Source of the DNA: a virus
Taxonomy: Duplodnaviria; Caudoviricetes
DNA: 64,000 bases
Direction: 5' to 3' (one strand)
Virus record (IMG/VR): IMGVR_UViG_3300045919_000097
Location: 900 to 64,899 of that record
Shown: piece by piece, positions 56,039 to 63,987 of the stretch
Layout of the letters: every line of letters starts with the position of its first letter
Position numbering within the stretch: the first letter of the stretch is position 1
Program-made: the position numbers and the translations under genes
The notes under the pieces: generated by a model
What the model saw: the letters and a program-made list of their open reading frames with translations, nothing else
Told to the model about the DNA's origin: nothing
Database searches by the model: none

Positions 56039-56076
56039 ATTATAGCAAACTGCTGCATACTTGTAAACAACTATTT
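56039..56076 (-). promoter_or_regulatory. sigma70-type early promoter
   Basis: AAATAGTTG-TTTACA-N17-TATAAT with extended TG. Confidence 0.85.
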
Positions 56077-56276
56077 TAATCTCTCCACTCATTAGTCGGC
56101 AAATGCTTGGTGACATCAACGTGGTTTTTGTGTCGCTTCTCGAATGGTATCATTGTCTCTTTGGTCTTAAATCTATGATTGTTTGCGCATACACGCACTC
56201 TATGCGGCGTACCGTCTGGCTGAATACGTGTGGACTCCACTGCGGTCCATGCTTTACACTCAGGGCATTTCATCAA
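56076..56276 (-). CDS. Zn-ribbon protein (NrdR N-terminal-like)
   Basis: MKCPEC...V..TR...RVRVCANNHRFKTKE. Confidence 0.7.
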   Translation of the reverse strand: MMKCPECKAWTAVESTRIQPDGTPHRVRVCANNHRFKTKETMIPFEKRHKNHVDVTKHLPTNEWRD

Positions 56277-56691
56277 TGGCTCCTATTCTGATGAGTGGTG
56301 CACTTAATGCTTGTGCAAGGTCAAGCATTGCAGCCTTGAAGGCATTGTCTGTCTCCACAAGGCGATCCTTCCAGAACAGATCACCATTGGGAGCAATTCG
56401 GATTACCTCTATGAGTGTGTCGTTCCTGATGGTTAAAATGTCAGGTGTAGCAGCAGGTGCTGTTGACTGGCAAATGGCGGTTGTTGTGAACACTCGACGC
56501 TCAGTGCCAAACACTCGACCAACTTCTTGCTGAAACGGTGTAGGAGCCAACGCCTGCTCAAGTGCTGTCTGTAGTGCTGCACGAGATTCCAAATAGGTTT
56601 TGTCGGTTCTGTCATGGCATACGTCCCAATCAACCGTGCCAGCCAAATCGTCAGCCATCTGATCTGCCAATCGCATCAGTTGTTCAATCAT
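56260..56691 (-). CDS. hypothetical protein
   Basis: AGGA RBS; coupled ORF. Confidence 0.6.
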   Translation of the reverse strand: MIEQLMRLADQMADDLAGTVDWDVCHDRTDKTYLESRAALQTALEQALAPTPFQQEVGRVFGTERRVFTTTAICQSTAPAATPDILTIRNDTLIEVIRIAPNGDLFWKDRLVETDNAFKAAMLDLAQALSAPLIRIGAIDEMP

Positions 56692-57155
56692 GTCTGTTCC
56701 TTTCTTGCGCGTATGGCGGCGGCAAAGTCATGCAACCACTGTGCGTTTACGGTTACTTCCCCAAAGGGAGTGCTTTCCCCACCTTCTGGAAAACAATTTT
56801 CGATTTCTTCAAACGTCAATGGCGCACGCTCCCGCAACACTGCTGCGACTACTACTTCGCGGAGTTGGGTGGCTGTGTAGATAGGTTGCCAATCAAGTTG
56901 CGGTGAACACATGGCTTTGGTTTCTGGCCTTGCAAACATCCAATAGCCTTCCAGCTTCGGGTTTGGCTCTAACCATTGCCGATACCCAACAGGCTCCGGC
57001 ATCTCCACACCCGCCAGCAGTTCAGCAGTCCACTGTTCGCGCAGGAGGGCGGCGAAGCGGTCAACAAAACTTGCTGGTATGTTTCTGAAAAACTGATAGC
57101 CACCTATTTCAACAATTGACGCACCTGTTTGCTCGGCCAGTTCAATGTTGGTCAT
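56688..57155 (-). CDS. hypothetical protein
   Basis: ATG 57155 coupled to upstream stop; mosaic EPV-type early protein. Confidence 0.55.
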   Translation of the reverse strand: MTNIELAEQTGASIVEIGGYQFFRNIPASFVDRFAALLREQWTAELLAGVEMPEPVGYRQWLEPNPKLEGYWMFARPETKAMCSPQLDWQPIYTATQLREVVVAAVLRERAPLTFEEIENCFPEGGESTPFGEVTVNAQWLHDFAAAIRARKEQT

Positions 57156-57922
57156 TCTTTGCTCCTGATGTTGTGGGCGGCTAACTGATTGCTGCAAAAA
57201 TCCCCTTCGTTGACCCAACAAAGAATTGTGTCGCCAGCATTGGTCAGTGCGTTGGTTGGCATATTGATGTTGTGGCCCCACATTATTTTTTCTTTGTCCA
57301 TCGTCACGCGCTCCATGCGAATCGGCTGCGGCTCACTGGCTGGCTGTGCTGGCGCTGCGCGAAGGTCAACGTCCTGATGACTTGTGGCAATCTGGCATGA
57401 GTTGCATATCACCGCTTCCGCTTCTTCTTTGGTGGCAAAGCGTTTCCCTCTGTGAGGGTCGGTATTGAAAAAACGGCAATCAACCTTCCCTTCGCCGGTA
57501 TACCAACCGCACCATGCGCTCGTGCATTCAATCATCCAGTAAGTCTGTGGCACCGGCTCCACCGGCTTGCACACTTCATCTATTTGGTCTTTAGTCATCA
57601 TGTCTTTCATTGCAATCACCGAGAGTGCGATGGCTTTTTGTGGGGTGTCTGCCCATGCGTCTGCATAAGCGTCTTGCGGGATGTCAATCGCTCCAGAAAA
57701 CCAACCGCCTTGTTTTGGGTAGTGCATCGGGAATGCTTCGTACCTTTCCGCTATCGGCCCGATGACGTTCCAGTCGCGGTAGTCGAATGCGTACCACTGC
57801 GGGTATCCACTTTGGTCATCGCCAATATCAATCATAAAGTGGTCAATCCACCAACTACCGAAGTCGTCTTCTGCCCACCCAATCGCCAGCGCGAGGGCTT
57901 TGGATATTTCAAGGTCGGTCAT
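57152..57922 (-). CDS. NinX/DUF2591-like domain protein
   Basis: MTDLEISKALALAIGW...DYRDWNVIGPIAERY...DTPQKAIA; GGAGGA RBS. Confidence 0.6.
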   Translation of the reverse strand: MTDLEISKALALAIGWAEDDFGSWWIDHFMIDIGDDQSGYPQWYAFDYRDWNVIGPIAERYEAFPMHYPKQGGWFSGAIDIPQDAYADAWADTPQKAIALSVIAMKDMMTKDQIDEVCKPVEPVPQTYWMIECTSAWCGWYTGEGKVDCRFFNTDPHRGKRFATKEEAEAVICNSCQIATSHQDVDLRAAPAQPASEPQPIRMERVTMDKEKIMWGHNINMPTNALTNAGDTILCWVNEGDFCSNQLAAHNIRSKE

Positions 57923-58077
57923 GTCATGATCCTCCGCGCAGCCCAGCCAACGCCTTTGATGCAAAACCACACGCATATCATTACGATTGATCCTAGCCAT
58001 GCTAGGAGGATCCCAATGTAAAAGATGATGAACAAGATACCGGCAATGCCGTACTTGATTGAGTCCCAAAGTGTCAT
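57919..58077 (-). CDS. small membrane protein (52 aa, missing from ORF track)
   Basis: MTLWDSIKYGIAGILFIIFYIGILLAWLGSIVMICVWFCIKGVGWAARRIMT; ATGA-coupled at both ends. Confidence 0.65.
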   Translation of the reverse strand: MTLWDSIKYGIAGILFIIFYIGILLAWLGSIVMICVWFCIKGVGWAARRIMT

Positions 58078-58295
58078 TTCACCGCCTCCAGTTTTCTGTT
58101 GATCCGTGCAATCACCTCATTAAAGTATTCCCGTTCAGCTTCAAGATCCTCAAGGTCCTCTGCGTATTCATTGACGTCTGGGCAACTTCCCATTTGCGTA
58201 TGCAAGTCAGAAATAGCAAGCTCCAAAGCACGGCGCAACATTTCCAACGATTTCTTGCCGGTGAATGTGATATTTGGTGTGCGAGCTTTTGTCAT
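58074..58295 (-). CDS. hypothetical protein
   Basis: Coupled ORF, GAGG RBS. Confidence 0.65.
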   Translation of the reverse strand: MTKARTPNITFTGKKSLEMLRRALELAISDLHTQMGSCPDVNEYAEDLEDLEAEREYFNEVIARINRKLEAVK

Positions 58296-58483
58296 GCTTG
58301 CCTCTTTGCTTTGTCTGTACCCAGCAGCGTTTTCTGGTAGGCGGGTTTACGGTGTTCAGCGCAGCAGACAAGGATGATGTCGTCGCCACGAAACCAGCTG
58401 GTCTCTATGGCAAACCGCTTTGACATCTTAGATGGGCATCCTGGATAGTCACATGGACGTGCCTGAGCTTGCTTTTTGGTCAC
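58292..58483 (-). CDS. small Cys/His Zn-binding protein
   Basis: CDYPGC...SWFRGDD...CCAEH. Confidence 0.6.
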   Translation of the reverse strand: MTKKQAQARPCDYPGCPSKMSKRFAIETSWFRGDDIILVCCAEHRKPAYQKTLLGTDKAKRQA

Positions 58484-58752
58484 TTTGGATCCTTGTTACA
58501 AGGACATTCTGCAGCGCCCAAATACTTTCCATTTGGCTGCAGTGGATTTTGATCTGAGCACCATGATTTATGCATTAAATCCTTGTTCTGGATCCTGCGG
58601 CCATCGGTCTTGTCGTAGACGCATGGGCAGGTGTACATGGCAATGTAGTTGGCCTTCTTGCCAGCTTGGCGCTGCTCAGGAATTACCTGAGAGACCGGTA
58701 TGTTGAACATCTCAGCAGCCTTCATGGCGTGAGGATCTTGATCAGAGTACAT
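58480..58752 (-). CDS. small protein: PolA fingers/O-helix-like segment + Cys-rich tail
   Basis: DPHAMKAAEMFNIPVSQVIPEQRQAGKKANYIAMY; CPC...HKSWC...CPC. Confidence 0.6.
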   Translation of the reverse strand: MYSDQDPHAMKAAEMFNIPVSQVIPEQRQAGKKANYIAMYTCPCVYDKTDGRRIQNKDLMHKSWCSDQNPLQPNGKYLGAAECPCNKDPK

Positions 58753-58921
58753 TCTGCAGTTCCAGTGTCTTGTCCATGAGATCCCGAGTTGCTTCCATCT
58801 CAGTGGCTCCGCGGCCAACAGGCGCATTTGGATTCTCGTAATCGTGATTGTTCCACACCGCAGACCAGTCAAAGTCACGGCATGGGACAGGAGGATTTTC
58901 AAAGATTGTTATGATTGTCAT
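58742..58921 (-). CDS. 59-aa hypothetical protein, probably leaderless (missing from ORF track)
   Basis: MTIITIFENPPVPCRDFDWSAVWNNHDYENPNAPVGRGATEMEATRDLMDKTLELQNVL. Confidence 0.7.
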   Translation of the reverse strand: MTIITIFENPPVPCRDFDWSAVWNNHDYENPNAPVGRGATEMEATRDLMDKTLELQNVL

Positions 58922-58927
58922 GCTGCA

Positions 58928-58965
58928 ATTATATCAAGCAATTGATGTGATGTAAACATCTAGTT
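58928..58965 (-). promoter_or_regulatory. sigma70-type early promoter
   Basis: AACTAGATG-TTTACA-N17-TATAAT with extended TG. Confidence 0.85.
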
Positions 58966-58985
58966 GAAAGGGCCGAAGCCCTTCC
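58966..58985 (-). terminator. UUCG hairpin, probable terminator after DUF932 gene
   Basis: GGAAGGGC-TTCG-GCCCTTTC; short U tract. Confidence 0.55.
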
Positions 58986-58987
58986 AT

Positions 58988-59956
58988 TTAGACCGTAGCT
59001 AGAGCCCGTTCGAATGCAGTGCTCTTGAGAGCATCGCCGCGACCAAACCATGCAGATGCCAGACGAGCATCGACAGTCTGCGACCGTGCAGAGTGATCGA
59101 CGAACTCCGTCACGCCGTTGACCAGACCCCACATGGTGCCGTTGGCGCCGAGCAAGGTTCCGCCCATGGCAGACTTGGTGAACAGATCCATGATCTTGGT
59201 GAACTGGCGGCTCTTGCGAACGTTTTCACCAAGGACCGTTTTGGTATCAACCAAGAGAGACTCGACGAACTCGCCAGCAGCCATGTTGCTGACCTGCTTC
59301 TTAGCCAGTGAACGTGCAGCCAGCATGAACTTGCTGAACTCGCCAGTAGCCAAGCCAAGCTCAGCCTTTGCATCTTCAGGACGGAAGACGCTGGTGTGCT
59401 TCAGCGTGAAGCTCTTGTTAGCATCCTTAGTCAGAGCCATCGACAAGGTGTTGTTGCACACGACACGGACGGTGGTGAACTTGGCAGTTGTTGCCAGAGT
59501 ACCATCGCAGCTGGTAGACAGAAGCAGATAACCACCGACACGGTCTTCGCCCATGACCACCGCATCGCCGCCGATTTTAGCCAGTGCCCAGAAGCGCTTG
59601 CCATCAAACAACACGCCTGCAGTATTGAGGACATAACCGTTGGCCTGAGTAAGGTCACGGAAGAATTCAAGCACTTCGCCCGGCTGGACGATCTTGTACT
59701 TGGGCGATACGATGCCAAGAGCAGCCTTCGTGTCAGAGCGGAACAGAACATGTGCGCCTTCAAAGATCTGCTGTTTATCGCCTTCGCCGTAACGGACGCG
59801 GCTGCGTTTGACAGCCCAGTCCATGCCAGCAGCCTGCTTCCAGGTCTCGATCGATGCACCAGCTTCCAGGGATTGGCCCAGACCATGCCACGGGGTTTCG
59901 CCCACGTAAGCCATTTCAGCAAACCCGTTTTTACGAGTAGATACAGCAGCAACCAT
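58988..59956 (-). CDS. DUF932-family protein
   Basis: ETPWHGLG, AGMDW, YKIVQP, TAGVL.DGKRFW, TTVRVVCNNTL, HT, GTMWGLVNGVTE..DH. Confidence 0.85.
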   Translation of the reverse strand: MVAAVSTRKNGFAEMAYVGETPWHGLGQSLEAGASIETWKQAAGMDWAVKRSRVRYGEGDKQQIFEGAHVLFRSDTKAALGIVSPKYKIVQPGEVLEFFRDLTQANGYVLNTAGVLFDGKRFWALAKIGGDAVVMGEDRVGGYLLLSTSCDGTLATTAKFTTVRVVCNNTLSMALTKDANKSFTLKHTSVFRPEDAKAELGLATGEFSKFMLAARSLAKKQVSNMAAGEFVESLLVDTKTVLGENVRKSRQFTKIMDLFTKSAMGGTLLGANGTMWGLVNGVTEFVDHSARSQTVDARLASAWFGRGDALKSTAFERALATV

Positions 59957-60009
59957 TTTTAATCCTCAGCTTTCATTCACGTTGTACCGCAATATCGCGG
60001 TATGAGTGT

Positions 60010-60047
60010 ATTGTATCAAGCTCCCAGGTATTTGTAAACAGATATTT
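60010..60047 (-). promoter_or_regulatory. sigma70-type early promoter
   Basis: AAATATCTG-TTTACA-N17-TACAAT with extended TG. Confidence 0.85.
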
Positions 60048-60066
60048 GTGGGAATTTCAAAAATTT

Positions 60067-60228
60067 TTACTGCCAAGGAGACCGCTTCGGCGCCCGCTTG
60101 AATTTAGGCAGCTGCTTAACCCGTATCCATCGACCGTTGTCACAAACCCACTTAGTGCCGTTGGGATCTTCCACAAGCCTTGGCTGCTGGAGATGCTTCA
60201 CGATGAACTGAATGGGATCTTGTGTCAT
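60067..60228 (-). CDS. 53-aa basic hypothetical protein (missing from ORF track)
   Basis: MTQDPIQFIVKHLQQPRLVEDPNGTKWVCDNGRWIRVKQLPKFKRAPKRSPWQ; ATGA-coupled to ligase stop. Confidence 0.55.
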   Translation of the reverse strand: MTQDPIQFIVKHLQQPRLVEDPNGTKWVCDNGRWIRVKQLPKFKRAPKRSPWQ

Positions 60229-61124
60229 GACATGTCTTCCTTAGCTCTGAACCCTTTGAACACTGGAAACCGTGGAGCATCCTTGCAGCCGACTGGGAAG
60301 TACTTGTAGGTCAGGACTTTTCCAATGAGCTTGGGGTCTCCCCAGATTGCAGCCCTTTGTGCGTCAGTAAAACCTGAGCCAACACCAAACTCCATTCCTT
60401 TGAAAGGTCCATTGATTCCGCGGACTTGGAGAGTACCCATAGTGTTCGTACCAACCATGCCGGACTTTTTGCTTGAGCGTTCAAGCTGGCCAAGAGCGTT
60501 CTTGATAGCCGTGTTACCATTGTGTAGTTTCTCTTCCATGCCTATCACAACAGCTTCGGCATCTGCAAAGCGTTTTAGCTTGATCAATGCTCCTTCGTTG
60601 AGTGTAGACCTGCCTTGCTTGTATTGTGACCCTAGGGACCTCATAATGAGTCCCTCGTACCCTTCTGTCAGGTAATGTTCTTCCAGTTTGAGGAGCTGCT
60701 CGGCACTATAGATGATGTGCTGCTTGACCTGGATGATGTTTTCAGTTCCACACATGCCGGCTAGCTTGACCTCAAGCCTCTGGTCTCTGTCTTGGAACGA
60801 TGCCATGCGGTCGTACAGGTCAAACACGTGGAACTTGAAGTCAGGTTCTCCAGCTTTAGACATGACTGCAGACTGGGTTGTCTGGAACACATCCTTGGCC
60901 GTTGGCGACCCGACAATCAATTCACCGTCCAACCCATCGAGTTTGAGGAACAAACCCAGGCTCTTTTGGATATGGACGTTTGGTATTGGCTTTAGGTTTC
61001 GGCTGACTAACTGGCCATCCTGAACTAAGCACCGTACCCCATCTAATTTCGCCGATACGGCCACGGGGTACGTTAGTTGCTGTGGATCTCTTATAGTTAC
61101 GCCGAGCATTGGCTTGAATTTCAC
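60225..61124 (-). CDS. ATP-dependent DNA ligase
   Basis: KLDGVR, LDGEL, FHVFD, YEGLIMR, YKQGRS, KLK, VGSGF, PRFPVF. Confidence 0.92.
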   Translation of the reverse strand: MKFKPMLGVTIRDPQQLTYPVAVSAKLDGVRCLVQDGQLVSRNLKPIPNVHIQKSLGLFLKLDGLDGELIVGSPTAKDVFQTTQSAVMSKAGEPDFKFHVFDLYDRMASFQDRDQRLEVKLAGMCGTENIIQVKQHIIYSAEQLLKLEEHYLTEGYEGLIMRSLGSQYKQGRSTLNEGALIKLKRFADAEAVVIGMEEKLHNGNTAIKNALGQLERSSKKSGMVGTNTMGTLQVRGINGPFKGMEFGVGSGFTDAQRAAIWGDPKLIGKVLTYKYFPVGCKDAPRFPVFKGFRAKEDMS

Positions 61125-61405
61125 CGGCCCCTCCCTTCGCATTTGGGGCAGCGCATTTCGTGGCGATTGAAGCCTTTGCCGGCTTCGATTTTTCCCGTCC
61201 CATCACAGTTTTTGCATCTTGCTTCATAATCAGTCTCGTACTTCATTGCCGCTTGGTACGCCTTACGGATCTCGGTAAACACCACAACGTTGGCGTCCGG
61301 GTTACTGTCAGGATGGTGCTGCTTGGCAAGCGTCCTCCATCGTGCTTTCAAGAATTCAGCCCCGCATTTTGGGACAACGCCAAGTATGTTGTGGTGTTTC
61401 GTCAT
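61121..61405 (-). CDS. mini DnaJ protein (J-domain + Zn finger)
   Basis: ILGV...HHPD...AY; CKNCDGTG...CPKCEGRG. Confidence 0.85.
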   Translation of the reverse strand: MTKHHNILGVVPKCGAEFLKARWRTLAKQHHPDSNPDANVVVFTEIRKAYQAAMKYETDYEARCKNCDGTGKIEAGKGFNRHEMRCPKCEGRGR

Positions 61406-61408
61406 AGT

Positions 61409-61648
61409 TTACTTTTCAGCAGCCTCATCGCCCGTTGAATCTTGGGCACCAAAAATCTCATTGAGATATTCGATCAGCTGATCTTTGGCGACCGGTACTT
61501 CGTGCTCTTCAATCGTCACGTCCTTCTTCTTGACCTCAAACGTGGCAACCATTTCATCACGGGTTTCACGTGCCAATGCATTGGTACCAGCGATCCGTGT
61601 CGCCAGTACCTCGTCACCGTCCTTTGCAATTACCTTATAGCAGCGCAT
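61409..61648 (-). CDS. hypothetical protein
   Basis: CTGAGGA RBS. Confidence 0.7.
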   Translation of the reverse strand: MRCYKVIAKDGDEVLATRIAGTNALARETRDEMVATFEVKKKDVTIEEHEVPVAKDQLIEYLNEIFGAQDSTGDEAAEK

Positions 61649-61687
61649 AGAGATTTCCTCAGGTTCAGCCCAAAATCAGGCAGAAAC

Positions 61688-61939
61688 CTATTCTACGCCG
61701 TCGCTGCTAAGCTTTTTGCCTTTGAGCGCCACCATTCTGTCGTAGTGCACCAAGAGGTCAAGCAAGCCTACTACGATCGGGCGAGCAAGCTCGATGTCCA
61801 AAGGTCCACGCATCTGGAAAACCAGGTCTACCTTCTGGCCTTTTTTCTTGATGACTGCCTGCACGTGGTCGTCGACGATGAGCTCATAGCCGGTGACCTC
61901 CGTGTAGTATGGGTCTACATGCTCACGAATTTGGTGCAC
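61688..61939 (-). CDS. hypothetical protein
   Basis: GTG start after AGGAG. Confidence 0.55.
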   Translation of the reverse strand: MHQIREHVDPYYTEVTGYELIVDDHVQAVIKKKGQKVDLVFQMRGPLDIELARPIVVGLLDLLVHYDRMVALKGKKLSSDGVE

Positions 61940-62093
61940 TGGGTGTCTCCTGTGGATCTGTGGGTGTAGTAGCTGCTATGGGTTCGCTGACAAACTCCAC
62001 TCCATCGATGGTCCACGCCCGTGCAGCAACCAGCTGCGCAAGGTTTGGTATCGGCTTTGGATGGTCGATGACCAGTACAATGACTGTCTTCAT
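61923..62093 (-). CDS. hypothetical protein
   Basis: ATG 62093 after GAGGAG. Confidence 0.6.
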   Translation of the reverse strand: MKTVIVLVIDHPKPIPNLAQLVAARAWTIDGVEFVSEPIAATTPTDPQETPSAPNS

Positions 62094-62094
62094 T

Positions 62095-62367
62095 TCAGTA
62101 CTCCTCGTCGCGTTCGTACTCAGGATAGTCGGGTTCCATGCCATCAACCACTTTGTTCTGGATCCACTCGATGTCACGAGCAGTCAGGTTCTTGAACTGG
62201 TCAACGCCGTCCTTGTCGATGGCACTCAGCAGCGCGGTATACCCAGGCGAACCCGGATGTTCACGCGTCTGGCACTCTTCCTTCTCAATCTCGAATTCAC
62301 AGGTAAGGTCCATGTCGACTTCGTCTTCACCGACAGTCACTGTGATAACTTGAATTAGTCCAGGCAT
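62095..62367 (-). CDS. acidic hypothetical protein
   Basis: GCTGAGGA RBS; Asp/Glu-rich. Confidence 0.65.
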   Translation of the reverse strand: MPGLIQVITVTVGEDEVDMDLTCEFEIEKEECQTREHPGSPGYTALLSAIDKDGVDQFKNLTARDIEWIQNKVVDGMEPDYPEYERDEEY

Positions 62368-62410
62368 ATTTGTCCTCAGCAGGTTGCCGCATCAATCATG
62401 CGGTATGACC

Positions 62411-62448
62411 ATTATACCATGCACCTAGCAGCTTGTAAACCACTATTT
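62411..62448 (-). promoter_or_regulatory. sigma70-type early promoter
   Basis: AAATAGTGG-TTTACA-N17-TATAAT with extended TG. Confidence 0.85.
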
Positions 62449-62663
62449 TAGATATACATGAACAAGTCATCCACAATTTCAATTGCTTGTGGGTTCTTGT
62501 AGTCTACTTTTCTTGCTGTACCATTGGCATACGGAGGATCGTTCTGCATACTGGGATCCTTCATGGCTTTTCTGATAGCTGCAGCACGTGACATCTCATC
62601 AACAATTTTGATACAGGTGTGTAGGCCATCAACTTTTGGCCGGCGAATAACTAAGTACATCAT
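62448..62663 (-). CDS. hypothetical protein
   Basis: Follows DUF2786 gene closely. Confidence 0.6.
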   Translation of the reverse strand: MMYLVIRRPKVDGLHTCIKIVDEMSRAAAIRKAMKDPSMQNDPPYANGTARKVDYKNPQAIEIVDDLFMYI

Positions 62664-62665
62664 GT

Positions 62666-63361
62666 TTATTGTCCAATCATCAGGTTCTTTGCTGCGGCAC
62701 CCATTGGGCGGTGAATGGATTCGCCGGCAGCAGCTTCTTGGCCTGCGTGGTACCCAGCGGATCCAAGTTGCTTCTTCTTGACATCAGCTTGCTTGCTTTC
62801 GCCAGCTGGGTCTGCTTTCTGTTCGATTAGAGCCTTGACATCGTCAGCCACTGCAAACTCATGGACTGTCTTGCCGATAGTCCGTACCCAGCCGGTGCAG
62901 AAGCCATCGATCTGGACCGTCTTGTTCTGGCGGCTCATGTAAGGGTTGGTCAGTGTCTTGGTGAACTCAGCGCGTGCCTTCAGGAGCTTCCGCTGCATGA
63001 CTTCGGCCGTGTACTGGGCCAGTTCAACCTGGCTTTTCAGACCAATGAAGATGTAAGCTCCAAATGGATCCTTCATCCAGCTACGAGCATGACGCCACAT
63101 CAGCTTGCAGCCAAACGCCTTTGCCACTGTGCTCATCAGGTCCAGTTCCCAGGGATTGACCTTGGAGACGCTGACCTTGGACTTGACATCGACCTCGTCA
63201 ATGTCTTGCATCTTGATGTCCATCTGGCTGATGCCATGGATCTCCATGAGCTTCTGAGCTTGGCGCATTGCAGCAGCTGCTTCATGCGGTTCAGAAGACG
63301 TGGCCAAAGCCAGGCATTTCTTGATCTTGGAAAGAATCTTTTCGTCGGGTTGTGTAGTCAT
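62666..63361 (-). CDS. DUF2786-domain protein
   Basis: ILSKIKKCLALA...HEAAAAMRQAQKLM..HGI; GCTGAGGA RBS before ATG 63361. Confidence 0.85.
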   Translation of the reverse strand: MTTQPDEKILSKIKKCLALATSSEPHEAAAAMRQAQKLMEIHGISQMDIKMQDIDEVDVKSKVSVSKVNPWELDLMSTVAKAFGCKLMWRHARSWMKDPFGAYIFIGLKSQVELAQYTAEVMQRKLLKARAEFTKTLTNPYMSRQNKTVQIDGFCTGWVRTIGKTVHEFAVADDVKALIEQKADPAGESKQADVKKKQLGSAGYHAGQEAAAGESIHRPMGAAAKNLMIGQ

Positions 63362-63394
63362 AAGGTCCTCAGCAGGTTGGTTAATGAAGTATTG

Positions 63395-63432
63395 ATTATA
63401 CAGCAGCCTGTGCTGCTTGTAAACAACTATTT
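63395..63432 (-). promoter_or_regulatory. sigma70-type early promoter
   Basis: AAATAGTTG-TTTACA-N17-TATAAT. Confidence 0.85.
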
Positions 63433-63437
63433 GCAAT

Positions 63438-63576
63438 CTCTTCGGAGGATGCAGTCATAGCGTCGATGTTCAGCTGAGGAGCGTCGGTGGGCACGGATTC
63501 TCCTGTACAGCGGTCTTACACCACTTGCTAGACTGCATCCACCGAAGAGCCCTCTTGCGAGGGATCCTCGTGGCTC
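63438..63576 (-). ncRNA. candidate structured RNA (long irregular hairpin + GCAA-tetraloop hairpin)
   Basis: CTCTTCGG-A-GGATGCAGTC (63438-63456) pairs with GACTGCATCC-A-CCGAAGAG (63531-63549); nested inner stems. Confidence 0.5.
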
Positions 63577-63987
63577 TTAGATACCGGTGTGGCCTTTGCG
63601 ACGCAGTTCGCAACGGTACCATGCTGGGTAGTGCTTCTGGTTAGCACCCAAGACAGGGTTCTTGCCGCTGGACATTTCGTCCCAGATTTGCTGGTTGGTC
63701 ATGCCAGCCAGAATCTTAGCGCGGATGATGGCCGAAGTGCCGGTCTGCTTCTTTTCCACTTTGACCGCGGCAGGCTTAGCAGCTTTGGTTTCGGTAGCAG
63801 CTGGTGCGGCTGCAGCTGGTGCGCCGTTCTTGGCAACGAACTTCTTTGCGCCTTCGATGTCGCAGTAGAAGGTACCGTCGCGGCGGACGATGAAGTCGTC
63901 ATAATCAGACTTGGTGACGCCAATTTTGCGCAGGGCAGAAGTGGCAGAATCGCGTGCAGCGTATTTGGTGGCGTTTGACATGTTCAT
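63577..63987 (-). CDS. Ala/Lys-linker protein with C-terminal AWYR helical domain (paralogue of 47817..48425)
   Basis: ATETKAAKPAAVKVEKK then SAIIRAKILAGMTNQQIW...HYPAWYRCELRRKG. Confidence 0.7.
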   Translation of the reverse strand: MNMSNATKYAARDSATSALRKIGVTKSDYDDFIVRRDGTFYCDIEGAKKFVAKNGAPAAAAPAATETKAAKPAAVKVEKKQTGTSAIIRAKILAGMTNQQIWDEMSSGKNPVLGANQKHYPAWYRCELRRKGHTGI

